This document shows, one piece after another, positions 11,351 to 23,915 of a stretch of DNA of 26,685 bases (the stretch's first letter is position 1; each line of letters starts with the position of its first letter). A program made the position numbers and the translations under genes. Source of the stretch: Octopus sinensis (Eukaryota); assembly GCF_006345805.1 (NCBI RefSeq), contig NW_021832373.1, positions 1 to 26,685 of the forward strand, given 5' to 3'. The notes beneath the pieces are model-generated. The model had not been told where the DNA came from. It was given only the letters and a program-made list of their open reading frames with translations, and searched no databases.

Positions 11351-11440
11351 GGATATATATATATATATATATATATATTGTTTTTGGATGAATTTGGTTT
11401 GCATGATCCTTTATGTGAGTGCATGTGTTGAAGCATATTC

Positions 11441-11664
11441 TGTTGTGTCTGGGGAGAGTCATTCTCTTTTAGTGCCTTATAATTTAACACACTCACCGGT
11501 AAAATTTCCACTCATTTCCTTCTTTTATTTTTTAAACAATTGAAAAGATTGCAAGACGCACCGAAAATTTTAGAAAAATAAAGAACGAAATGAGTGGAAA
11601 TTTTAACGGTGCGTGTGTTAAATTATAAGGCACTGAAAGAGAATGACTCTCCCCATTCACAACA
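11441..11664. mobile_element. Fold-back/MITE-like element with ~95-bp inverted arms
   Basis: ggggagagtcattctcttttagtgccttataatttaacaca... (11451 onward) mirrored by ...tgtgttaaattataaggcactgaaagagaatgactctcccc (to 11654); spacer about 11537-11568. Confidence 0.8.
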
Positions 11665-12012
11665 GTAAGTAGCTTGCTTAGTAACCATATGGTTCCAGGT
11701 TCAGTCCCACTGCATGGCACTTTGTATGTCTTTTACTTTAACCTCGGGCCGACCAAAGCCTTATGAGTGGATTTGGTAGACGGAAACTAAAGAAGCCCGT
11801 CATATATATATATATGTGTGTGTGTGTTCCCCCCACCCCAACATCGCTTGACAACCGATGATGGTGTGTTTACGTCCCCGTAACTTAACGGTTCGGTAAA
11901 AAGAAACCGATAGAATAAGTACTATGCTTACAAAGAATGAGCCCTGTTCCACTAAAGGCGGTGCTCCAGCATGGTCGCATACAAAATGACTGAAACAGAT
12001 AAAAGAATAAAA
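11665..12012 (+). mobile_element. SINE family A, nearly full length
   Basis: Head lacking first ~20 nt, (TA)(TG) tract, tail ending gactgaaacagataaaagaataaaag. Confidence 0.85.
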
Positions 12013-12136
12013 GTATATCGGCCGAAATTGCGGGGATGATCCGGTTCTTGACTGAAGATTAAAGGCTTCAAATTACCCTTCCGTGTTTTTTGTATCGTCT
12101 ATCTGGATGTTTTGCGTTCTTGTCCCATTTTGTACT

Positions 12137-12182
<46 letters not shown>

Positions 12183-12341
12183 GTGGCCCTCCCATTTGAT
12201 AGAGGCAGAAGGCGGTGCAATCTTTGTATCTCTGAGCTTTTCCACATATTGTTCGCCAGAGACCGGTTGGTAAATGGTCTTTTACAGTCGGCTTTTCGAT
12301 GTCCCCATTGGAGGCGTCATACATATCTTACATATAAATGA
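12183..12341 (+). mobile_element. Probable C-terminal fragment of a second Penelope-like ORF
   Basis: VALPFDRGRRRCNLCISELFHILFARDRLVNGLLQSAFRCPHWRRHTYLTYK* resembles the CxLCxxE...IL...LN...CxH C-terminus of some PLE GIY-YIG domains (recognised from memory). Confidence 0.5.
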
Positions 12342-13248
12342 TACCTAAGACAATTAACACCTTGTTACCCTACTAAAATGAATATAATCTTTGGAAATAA
12401 TTTTTGAAAAAGCTTTTTAAGAAATCTATGAATAACCCTTGCAAGGGGAAATTACTCCCATTAGGCGTGGAACTATATATGCCCTTAGGATTCTTTGACG
12501 ATGTTAAATTTTTGACAAGCAGGCCGAGTCGAACACACGAACACAAAAAATTCTTTCAGCCGCTTGACTGGTTTTTTCAGCAGTGGTCATTTTGTAGCCC
12601 CCCTCGCCAGCACACGACCACGCACACATAGGCCATCACACACATACTTGCTTATAGGAGGCTTTTGTCTCGCCCCCAAAAATACACCCAGTATTCTTAA
12701 ATTCTTCAGAACATTAGTGTTAGTCACACAGAGCATCCCCACACCCCTTGCTTCCACCGACTGGATCTGACCGCCGCCTGACCTGTAGATATCTTCAACG
12801 CACCAAATCCACGATTTCAACGTACATTGATAAACAGTTCAGCCATGAGCTCCTAAGGAGCATCTTCGTTCGAATTGCTGTGCCTCTGTTTTGTTTTGTC
12901 CTGTCAACGGAATTCCTGTTTTTTTCCTGAAGAGAAAGCCGCAATATGGTACCCTTATTTAAACAGAATTTGGAAATTTGTGGCCTTCGAAACATGTGTA
13001 GAATGTAATAAAAGGTATTCTGTACAATCTTCGTTCAACTCCATTTATTCCATTCACTAATAATAATATTAAACTTCAATTATCCGCTCCAACGCACGGT
13101 TGCAACACCAAATGGTCTTATCTCCAACCGTGCTGTTTTCCGCTGTGATTTTTGCTACCCAGGTATCGGTTAAACCTTTGAATATCTGTTACAAGAAAAT
13201 TCATCTTTCTATTTCAACAAATATATATATATATATAATATATAATAT

Positions 13249-13294
<46 letters not shown>

Positions 13295-13296
<2 letters not shown>

Positions 13297-13500
13297 TAAT
13301 CCAAACAAGAAAGCACAAAAAAACACAACAACGCGAGGACGTGAACAAATATGGTATTATTGGACGCTCAGGAAAGAAGGAAGAAGGAGGGTTTAACGTT
13401 TCGAGCGGAGCTCTTCGTCGGAAACATAGGAGAAGGAAAGATCCAGAGAAGGGAAGACAGAGGAAAAATAATTGCCAACGGTACGCAGGGAGAGAGAGAT
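13295..13500 (-). mobile_element. Penelope-like tail fragment
   Basis: Homologous to 7150-7290 around gaagagc...ctcgaaa...ttcctgagcgt..taata. Confidence 0.6.
13391..13425 (-). ncRNA. Minimal type-I hammerhead ribozyme-like motif
   Basis: GUUU-CCGACGAA-GAGC(UCC)GCUC-GAAAC-GUU-AAAC: 4-bp helix I, 4-bp helix II, palindromic loopless helix III; core variants U4C and an extra A after A9. Confidence 0.6.
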
Positions 13501-13715
13501 TTAGATATACATTAACATATATATACGCATACATGTGTTTGCATGAGTTTGTCTGTGTGCATGTGTGTATATATATATAGATACACACACATGTATATAC
13601 GTATATATATATATATATATGTTTACACACATACATACATACATATAACCCACACACACATATATATAACATAGTTATTATATGTATGCTTATCTGTATG
13701 AGTTTGTATAGACGC

Positions 13716-13757
<42 letters not shown>

Positions 13758-13836
13758 ATGTGTGTATATTTGTGTGTGTGTGCGTGTGTAATGTATCCAT
13801 GTATTTATATATGTGCATATATGTATGCGTGTGAGA

Positions 13837-13867
<31 letters not shown>

Positions 13868-14116
13868 TGTGTGTATGTGTGTGCACGTATACAAACTCAT
13901 ACGCAGGCGCTTACACATCCGTTTTACACGCACACGGCGTAGACACGACTAGATTACGCGCGCGTGCGCGCTATCTCGCGTATAGATTTCTATTTACATT
14001 ATATAATTATTTACATAATTTCTGTGGAATTACATCTGAAAAAAGAGTTCACGGAGAAATTTTGGGGAAGACAAAACAACATAGTTAGTAGTGGCGGTAG
14101 TAGGGGGAAAAAAAGG

Positions 14117-14224
14117 GGAGGAGGAGGAGGAGGAGGAGGAGGAGAAGAAGGGGAGGAGGAGGAGGAGGAGGAGGTGGAGGAGGAGGAGGAGGAGGTGGAG
14201 GAGGAGGAGGTGGAGGAGGGGAGG
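14117..14224 (+). repeat. (GGA)n trinucleotide tract upstream of the giant exon
   Basis: Directly visible. Confidence 0.95.
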
Positions 14225-14542
14225 AAATAAATGTTATGTAGTTTCTTCTTTTTAATCATTCCACCTCTTTCACTGCGTTTAGAAGTGACTTATGGATGTA
14301 ATGCATTGATAAGAAAGAATACCAAAAAAAAAGTTGTTGCTTTTTTTTTTCTTTCCCCTCGCCTCATTTTTGTTGGGGTTTTTTTTCATATACATATATA
14401 TATATATATATATTTTGTGTGTGTTCAATGTGAAAATCATAAAGTCGGCAGCTGGGAAGACTAGAAATGTTGTGTGCTAGAAAACGGAGAGACTTTGTGG
14501 AGGATATACACATTAAGTTAACTGTCACCGTTTACTTTTCTA

Positions 14543-17500
14543 ATGCCGACTATCGGTAGTTCTTCTTCTTCTTCTTCTTCTTCTTCTTCACACGCTGTCG
14601 CCATCGTCACCATCTCATGCGACAGTACCTCCTCTGATGCCACCAATACCGACAACAACAACAACAACAACAACAACAACGACAGCAACAACAATATTGA
14701 AAACAGAACCAGTGTCTCCCGTGCTCCATCAGTGCTTCCAGAATCACCTGTATTACCACTAGCCCCGCGAACAACCCTATCATCGCCACCACCGCTGACC
14801 CTGCAGCTTTCCAGCATCACCATCAACTCCACTACCGCCAACACCAACACCGCTATCGTATCTGTTACTATCTTCTCTAGTAGTACCACCACTATTACCA
14901 CAACTACCAACATCACAGGCAACTACAACGATAACAACCTCACTTCTACCACCATCTTTACCGCAACTACCAACACCTTTTCTGTCGCCTTCACTGACAA
15001 CAGCACCACTTCCAACACCAACACCAACACCAACACTGCCACCGCCTCTATCATCTTCACTATTAATACAAGCATCATGACTTCGGCAAGCATCTCTGTT
15101 CCGGTTAGGTTGATCGCTGTGATCACAATTGCTGTGATACAATTTCTGGTCGCAGTGGGGACTGCATCGGCCCAGGATCTGTATGAAGGGGCTACACAGC
15201 AGTTACCTTCTGCATCAGCATCTTTTGACTCGGTTGACAACAGAACAGAAGAAGAAGCAGCGACCCTGCTGGTTCCATTACCACAAGAAAACTCCACGTT
15301 AGTTACTACCGACCAACCAGAACACACAGACGTCACAATTTTAGATGAATCCATTTTAACGACACAGCTTCAAGAAATATCCTCTGTCTCACAAAGAAGC
15401 CAACCAGCTGATATTCATACTCGTGAAAATAACGAGAAGAAAAGCATTGACAAAAATGGTCGGGTTACGGATATTACCCAGAAGAGAATTGTCGTTGACA
15501 AAAGCGATAGTAAGATCGTTGTACAAGCAGACAGAGATGTAGCTGTCGCCAAAAATGACAGTTTTATAGAGGGACTTGTTAGTGACGATCATGGCGGCGG
15601 TGGTGGTGGTGATGGTATTCTTATGAAGGAAAGGATTTCAAAGAGTACAAAGGTAGAAGAACCAATAATTTTCAAAAGCGATCTGGATATTTTACAACAG
15701 CAATTAAAGCGACAAAACCAAGAACTCGCTGATCTTCGGATGCGTCTTTCTGAAAGTGACATCGCTTTAATTGATATAGAAACGAAGTTCTACAAATACT
15801 TACAAACGGAAAGGTTGGTGTCAGACGGCACGGAACACGATAGGAATATTTTAAAGCAACGACTCTCTAATCAAGATACCAAACTGAAGCAAATACCGAG
15901 CTTGTTCGATTGTCAAAACAGTTTTCCTAAGAAAACTGACTTCGATATTTTTCGAAATCAAGTGGAAGATAACTTGAAGTCGATATTAAAAGAATTGGAT
16001 TATCTTCGAGCCTGGCGTCAAGATTATTTGAAACAAACAACAGAGTTAGCTGCGACTGAAACTTTTGAAAATACTTTTCAGTCTGCCTCCGTGCCCAGTG
16101 AACAATCTGAAAGGGACAAATTCAAAGAGATTAAGGATAACAGTTCTATGGATTTACAAAAAAATACGAGCAAAGTTTTCGAGAACTTAAGTTTGGAAAA
16201 TAACTCAATATCGAAACATACGTTCGGAGCACATCTGAAACATGATTTCTCAAACATAACGTCACAAACAGACGACATTACTGCGTCTACAGGAACTTTT
16301 AATATCACTGAAGACAAGGAAATTGAAGAATTTGTGTACCTCGAAAAGCTATTACAGGAAATAAACCAAAAAGTAGATACTTCACACACACGCCTTGATA
16401 ACTTGGAAGAAAACATGATGCTATCTATGGAGAATGTTTCACAAATATTAAGCTTATCACAAGAATTTTTAAACGGAAATATTACGTTTCTCCAATTTCA
16501 GATTAACCAAATTTTTGCTCGACTTGAATCAAAACAAAATCAGTCTGAAATTAATATTTATTATGAAGAGCTTAAACCAAATTTTACTAGACTTATTAAT
16601 GAAGTTTATGAGGAACTGAAGACAGGAAACACCATCGAGCGAGGTTACAATGACACGGCAGATACCTATGTTTTACCTTTAAAAAACAGTTCTAAAGTTG
16701 TTGAAAACGTAAGCAGACCATTGGACTATACCATTAATGCAAGCTTGAATTTTACCAATATTTCTCAAATAAATGGAGAAGAAGCATACAGCGATTTCTC
16801 TTCTGAATTGATTAGTGTTAAGCAAAATTTTACTGAACTTTACCGCAAGGTTGAAAATGTTGGTTCCAACTATGCTGGTGTTTCTCAACGCCTAGATCGT
16901 TTTTCCCGCCAGTTGTCTTCCATTATGACACGGCTTGAACAGGATACGGATCACCAGAATGGATTATCTTTGAATAAATTATCACTCAAAAGTAAAAGCG
17001 TTTCGAGTCACTTAGATGTTTTAAACGAAGATTATAAGAAAGATGTAGGAAACTTGGATTCTAAACAAAGTACTGGATTGAAATCAAATGAAAGTTTCTT
17101 CCAAAGTACAGAGTATTTACAATCGACATATTTTCCCAATACGTCAACAACTTTCCAAAATAAAACCGAAGATAAACTATTCAAATGGATATCTAAAAAT
17201 TTCTTTAGAAATATAACTTCTGATGAGTTTTTAACACTTTCGGATATTTCTGAGACAAGTAAGACAGGCGAAAATGCTTTGTGTTATAATTTCTCAGATA
17301 TAAACGATTCAAATTCTGAAGTGTCAATATTGAAAACCTTTTTGGAACATTTAGGATCTATGTTAATAGAAGTTAAAAACCATTTAAATATAATGTGTTC
17401 TGAAACGAACCGAACATCGGATCGTTCCGGGAAAGAAACGACGATAAATTCTTCTAGTGTTGAAAGCGAAACATTTTACGAGAATATTTCAGAAAATTCA

Positions 17501-18431
17501 ACAACTTCTGAGAACATTACTTTTCCAGACGACTATTTTGACACTCGAGGGAACTCTACGTTTTTGTCGTCTATTAAAAGTACCCATGGAGGAATAAAAC
17601 ACAATATAAATAAAAATCATTCTGCACTCCATAATTCTACTTTGCATAGCTTTGAAGAAGTAGAAGGAAAAGAAAACAAAACCGTCGTGGAATTGGAGCA
17701 ATATATGTTTTCTTTAGATGATATGGAAAATGAAACTTTACCTGGACATAATTTTTCTGGAGTACCTCATTCAAAACATTTGGAACGTATCTACTTTGAA
17801 ATTAAAACCCTTAGTTTAAGGATTGACGTACTTGAAAATAAACTTCTTTTGTCGAATAAGGAGCCTTTTACAGACATGGAAGCAAACGAAACTATTCCTT
17901 TTGCTCAAAGCGAATACAGAGGGTCAGGATCTTTAGATTCAGAGCTTACTGAGGACCATGATGTTTTACAAAACTTAATTTCTAACCTAACTCAAATTCA
18001 GAAACGCTTCGAATGCTTAAATTCAAATGTGCAGCTCCAAGAAAAGCAATTGTCAAGTGTGAAAATGAATATGTTTAAATTAAACGAGAGAGTTGAGCAT
18101 TTCACTCAGGAAAATTCAGGACGACAGACCGAAAGCATTATGTTGGCTGTTGAAAACACTAAAGATGATATAAGTAAACTTATTGAAGATATGTCCGAAA
18201 TATCACACCAGGTTTCATCATTTTCAGAGCTGAATTTAACTGATACTCTTAGAAATGTACAGTGCCATTTAGAAGAACATCAAACAGAGATAAGGAATCT
18301 GAAAGAAGTAATGGAATACCAAAATGAAAATAAATCGATGGTTTTCTGGAAACGGCAACCTGTTGAGGAAAAAATATTATACGTTGGTGTCCAGGAGCAT
18401 AAACGACAAAAGGATTTGAACAAAACAATTG
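14543..18431 (+). CDS. Giant coding exon of an uncharacterised secreted or type II membrane coiled-coil glycoprotein (partial gene, 3' exons not identified)
   Basis: Stop-free ORF 14543-18745. The non-repetitive coding part ends at AATTG|GTAAGT (donor GT at 18432, phase 1), after which the ORF track runs through (TACA)n intron sequence. Hydrophobic segment VRLIAVITIAVIQFLVAVGTASA|QD follows Met at 15077. About 40 N-X-S/T sequons counted by eye after that Met. Several heptad-like stretches (e.g. LQQQLKRQNQELADLRMRL, LEKLLQEINQKVDTSHTRLDNLEE). No recognisable family domain. Confidence 0.85.
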
Positions 18432-18437
18432 GTAAGT
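18432..18437 (+). other. 5' splice donor ending the giant exon
   Basis: G|GTAAGT perfect consensus located where complex coding sequence gives way to AT-rich and microsatellite sequence. Confidence 0.8.
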
Positions 18438-18686
18438 TCACTTATTTTCATTTTACCGTAAAATGTATTTATCAATCTATTATCATAAGGGATTTATGTG
18501 TGTATACATACATACATACATACATACATACATACATACACACATACATACATACATACATACATACATACATACAAACATACATACATACATACGTACG
18601 TACGTACATACATACATACATACATACATACATACATACACACACACACGCGGCGCGCACGCACACACACATGCCACACACACACA

Positions 18687-18905
18687 TAAGGGTAAGGGCT
18701 GAAAAGTTCGTGGCTTTGAAAGGTGAAAACAAGAGGATCAGTTAATTATGATTTTATTCAACACATTCTCCCCTCAGATTTACACACTTATTGCAACGGT
18801 CCTTCAGTTTTCTAAGCCCTATAAAGGAACTGGGAAGGTTGGGCCTCCAACCAGTCCTTTCGCAACAGCCTTAAACCTAGGAACTTTTCAGCACCTCCTG
18901 GTGTA
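18687..18905. mobile_element. Mariner-type MITE
   Basis: Perfect inverted 12-mer gctgaaaagttc (18698-18709) / gaacttttcagc (18881-18892) within longer imperfect TIRs, TA-rich flanks, ~220 bp. Confidence 0.75.
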
Positions 18906-18909
18906 TATG

Positions 18910-18960
<51 letters not shown>

Positions 18961-18967
18961 TATATAT

Positions 18968-19003
<36 letters not shown>

Positions 19004-19006
<3 letters not shown>

Positions 19007-19223
19007 AGAACACCTAAAAAGCTCCACGAGGCTCTGGCAAGGAGTGGTGGCGATCCCTGTTGTACTCTTTCGCCACAACTTTCTCTCACTCTTTCTTCTG
19101 TTGGCCTGCTCACTTAGCCAGCGGGGTGGCGTCATTTGAAGGCTAAAATAATGCGAAGCGCATTGTGACCAGCGATGTGTAGCAACATCTGATGGCCTGG
19201 TCGGTCACGGTGATCACGGTGAT
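19004..19223 (+). mobile_element. 5'-truncated SINE with family B centre and a different tail
   Basis: aacacctaaaaagctccacgaggctc...cgccacaactttct matches 1330-1405, then diverges to ...gtgaccagcgatgtgtagcaacatctgatggcctggtcggtcacgg. Confidence 0.75.
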
Positions 19224-19399
19224 ATATATATACATAATTCATTCATTTAAAATTTATATTTCCATTTTTGTTATATTTTTAATTTTTATTTGATTATGAT
19301 ACGTGTGAAAAATTGTCTTACTAACGTGTCTGAATTTATATATATGTATATTAGGTGCCCCAATACGACCCCAGTTTGTGTATGATGCATATCACAAAC

Positions 19400-19400
<1 letters not shown>

Positions 19401-19484
<84 letters not shown>

Positions 19485-19615
19485 GAGATAGATAGATATG
19501 TTTCTTTATTAGCCACACAAGGATGTAAACAGACGGTTCAGATTACAAAGTAGAGCTTTTATTTTGGGGGAAAAAAAGGTGGGGTGGGTTTTCGATCAAA
19601 AGGGATCGTAAAAGG

Positions 19616-19679
<64 letters not shown>

Positions 19680-19707
19680 TAGATAGATAGATAGATAGAT
19701 AGATAGA
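19401..19707 (+). repeat. Two (AGAT)n microsatellites
   Basis: Directly visible at ~19401-19498 and ~19620-19707. Confidence 0.95.
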
Positions 19708-20330
19708 CGTGTAAAAACGTATTTGTGCATGTATGTATATAAATATGTATACATGTGTTTATATACTTATGCAGGTTATTTTTCATTTTGTATTTATTGG
19801 AATTATTCTTGTAAAGACAATCTGGTTTCTAAAAGAGAAACAAAGTTCCATCACTAGAATTTTGTTAACAACAACGTTGGGGAGACATAAGTTGTATCTT
19901 AGAAAAGTCTTGCATATTTTTATTCTTCCGCTTGCAGATTGTAAATGGAAAATGTTCCTTAGCTGGTTACGTTCCCTGTAGATTACCACTTAAGCATTTA
20001 GCTAGGTAGCCAAGTTCAACAATAAACACAGCTATTTGTAATCTGATTAGAGAAGTTGCAGTAATCTATAACTGTTCTCTTCATCGACGATTATGATACA
20101 GGTTTCTATATCTTCAGAGTAGCTTACTGTCTGTAACAGTAGAAAACTTTTATTTTCTGTCCCAAATGATTATAACAGGCCGGTTATGTTTGTATTTAGT
20201 GGATGTTTTGATAGGAATGTCCCATTAACGTAAACTGATAGAAAGAGCGAAAGAGAGAGGGGAAGAGAAAGAAAGAAAGGAAGTGGTATGAACTCAACAA
20301 TAGATCTGTGTTTTCTGTATTACACTTCGT

Positions 20331-20454
20331 ACACATGGTTGCAGGTTCAGTCCCACTGCATGGCAACTTAGATAAGTAACTTCTACTATAGCCTCGGGCC
20401 GACCAAAACCTCGTGAATGGATTTTGTAGACGGAAGCTGAATGAAGCCCGTCGT
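20331..20454 (+). mobile_element. SINE family A head fragment
   Basis: cacatggttgcaggttcagtcccactgc...gaagcccgtcgtata. Confidence 0.85.
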
Positions 20455-20490
20455 ATATGTATATACATATATATACATACATATATATAC

Positions 20491-20548
<58 letters not shown>

Positions 20549-20575
20549 GAAGGTTTGGAGATGATGTACAGGTAT

Positions 20576-21455
<880 letters not shown>

Positions 21456-21585
21456 CTGGACGAAACCACGCGTCCAGTGGGTAAATCCATCCGCCTACGG
21501 GATCGGCTACAAAACCCTCGATACACGGATCATAACCTCACCTAAACGGCCGGTATTTTCGAGTGGTCGGTGCCACCTTGCACCA

Positions 21586-21987
21586 CAGGAGTCGCTGTGT
21601 GGTAAGTAGCTTGCTTACCAACCACATGGTTCCGGGTTCAGTCCCACTGCGTAGCACCTTGGGCAAGTGTCTTCTACTATAGCCTCGGGCCGACTAAAGC
21701 CTTGTGAGTGGATTTGGTAGACGGAAACTGAAGGAACCCCGTCGTATACATGTATATATATCTGTATGTGTATTTGTGTGCTTGTGTGTCTGTGTTTGTC
21801 TCCCCAACATCGCTTGACAACCGATGTTGATGTTTACTTCCCCGTAACTTAGCGGTTCGGCAAAAGAGACCGCTAGAATAAGTACTAGGCTTACAAAGAA
21901 TAAGTCGTGAGGTCGATTTGCTCGACTAAAAGCGGTGCTCCAGTATGGCAGCAGTCAAATGACTGAAACAAGTAAAAGAGTAAAGAG

Positions 21988-22019
<32 letters not shown>

Positions 22020-22061
22020 TGTATGTATGTATGTGTGTATGTATGTATGTATGTATGTATG

Positions 22062-22094
<33 letters not shown>

Positions 22095-22335
22095 TCATGT
22101 GTGTGTGTCTTTGTGCCTGTGTTTGTCCCCCACCCACAATCGCTTGACAACCGATATTGGTGTGTTTACGTTGCGTAACTTAGCGGTTCGGCAAAACAGA
22201 CCGATAGAAAACGTACCTGGCTTACAAAGATTAAGATCAGGGATCGATTTCTTCGACTGAAAAAAAACCTTTTAAGGCGATGCTCCAGCATGGCCGCAGT
22301 CAAATGACTGAAACAAGTAAAAATCTAAAAGAATA
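21586..22335 (+). mobile_element. Full-length SINE family A (21586-21987) followed by (TATG)n and a second tail (~22105-22335)
   Basis: Head-microsatellite-tail-microsatellite-tail arrangement visible. Confidence 0.9.
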
Positions 22336-22427
22336 AGCACTTGAAACAGCCTTATTCTAAGATATCTGTGTGTATAACACATGATATATATACAAGCAGG
22401 AAAAAGCACCAACAGAAATATTTTGTC

Positions 22428-22630
22428 TTACTTCTTACTTGTTTCAGTCATTTGACTGCGGCCATGCTGGAGCACCGCCTTCAGTCGAGAACTTATTCTT
22501 TGTAAACCTAGTACTTACCCTATCGGTCTCTTTTGCCGAACCGCTAATTTACAGGGAGGTAAACCCCAGCATCGGTTGTCAAGCAATGTTGGGGAGACAA
22601 ACACAGACATACAACAACACACCACACACA

Positions 22631-22700
<70 letters not shown>

Positions 22701-22902
22701 TATATGTATATGTATATATACATATATATATATACATATATACGGCGGCTTCTTTCATATTCTTTCTACCAAATCCACTCACAAGGCTTTGGTCGGCCCA
22801 AGGCTATAGTAGAAGACACTTGCCCAAGGTGCCACGCAGTGGGACTGAATCCGAAGCCATGTGGTTAGTAGACAAGCTACTTACCACACAGCCACTCCTG
22901 CG
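22428..22902 (-). mobile_element. Full-length SINE family A
   Basis: Tail, long (TA)n, head ending cacacagccactcctgcg. Confidence 0.9.
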
Positions 22903-23497
22903 ACTACTGACCACACATCCTTTTCAAAATCACAGTGTTTCGACATGATTTGATCACCTCAGTACCAAATATCTTGGATGTTCTGAGCCAAACCTAAATG
23001 CTTGTTCCTATTGCTCTATATTTAGGCTCTGTTATTTGACTTTCTTTTAAGGATCTCTTATAAACTTGGAATTGGTCTCTGAGTAAATAACACAATTTCT
23101 GAGTAAATAACTCAATTTCTCGTATTGAAATTTAGTCGGCAGCATAAATGAAAACTATATAGTGGACCTCAGCAAAGTTTTGGCTCTTTGTTGCAACCTC
23201 ACTTACGTATTGAGATTACACGTTCCATCTTCAGTTCTCTTTTATATTTGTAAAATTTATTATTGCTTAAATATTTGGGGACATAAACAAATATGTCGAT
23301 GTTTATAGATACATAATATGCTCATATGGCTACAGGTGCTGTTTAAATCTGAGTTAACCATGGTCGTATAGAACTGTGATGAAAGACATTCGACTCGCAA
23401 CATTCCTCACCTTACGAATATCTAGAAAGATTTTTGAAGAATGTCAGTTATTTATTTTAAGACAGTAGTGAGATCAAATCTGCACAAACATCCGAAC

Positions 23498-23761
23498 ATA
23501 CATACATACATACATACATACATACATACATAAATACTACATACATACATACTTATACATACATACATACATACATACATACATACATACATACATAAAT
23601 ACATACATACATAAATACATACATACATAAATACATACATACATACTTATACATACATACATACATACATGCATACATACATACATACATACATAACATA
23701 AATACATGCATACATACATACATACATACATACATACATACATACATACATACATACATAC
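23498..23761 (+). repeat. (TACA)n microsatellite
   Basis: Directly visible. Confidence 0.95.
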
Positions 23762-23915
23762 AAAAATACGCTGCCGTTGATATTGAAATTCCAATGAAAG
23801 AACCTTGGAGCTAGGTTAGAAACAGGTTCTGTCTCTATTGGCAAAAAATCTTGAAATAAACTGAATAATGGCATACATACATAAAACATAAAAATCTGCA
23901 CATACATACATACAT

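Noticed and set aside
14518-15354. Minus-strand ORFs overlapping the large exon
   Set aside because: Antisense shadows of low-complexity coding sequence
18432-18745. C-terminal ~100 aa of the 1400-aa ORF (KFTYFHF...HTYIHTYI...)
   Set aside because: Read-through past the GTAAGT donor into intronic (TACA)n and a MITE; not protein-like
19938-19981. Strong splice acceptor (ttcttccgcttgcag) as next exon of the large gene
   Set aside because: Phase-1 reading gives DCKWKMFLSWLRSL then stop, with no good donor or recognisable domain; cannot be supported without transcripts
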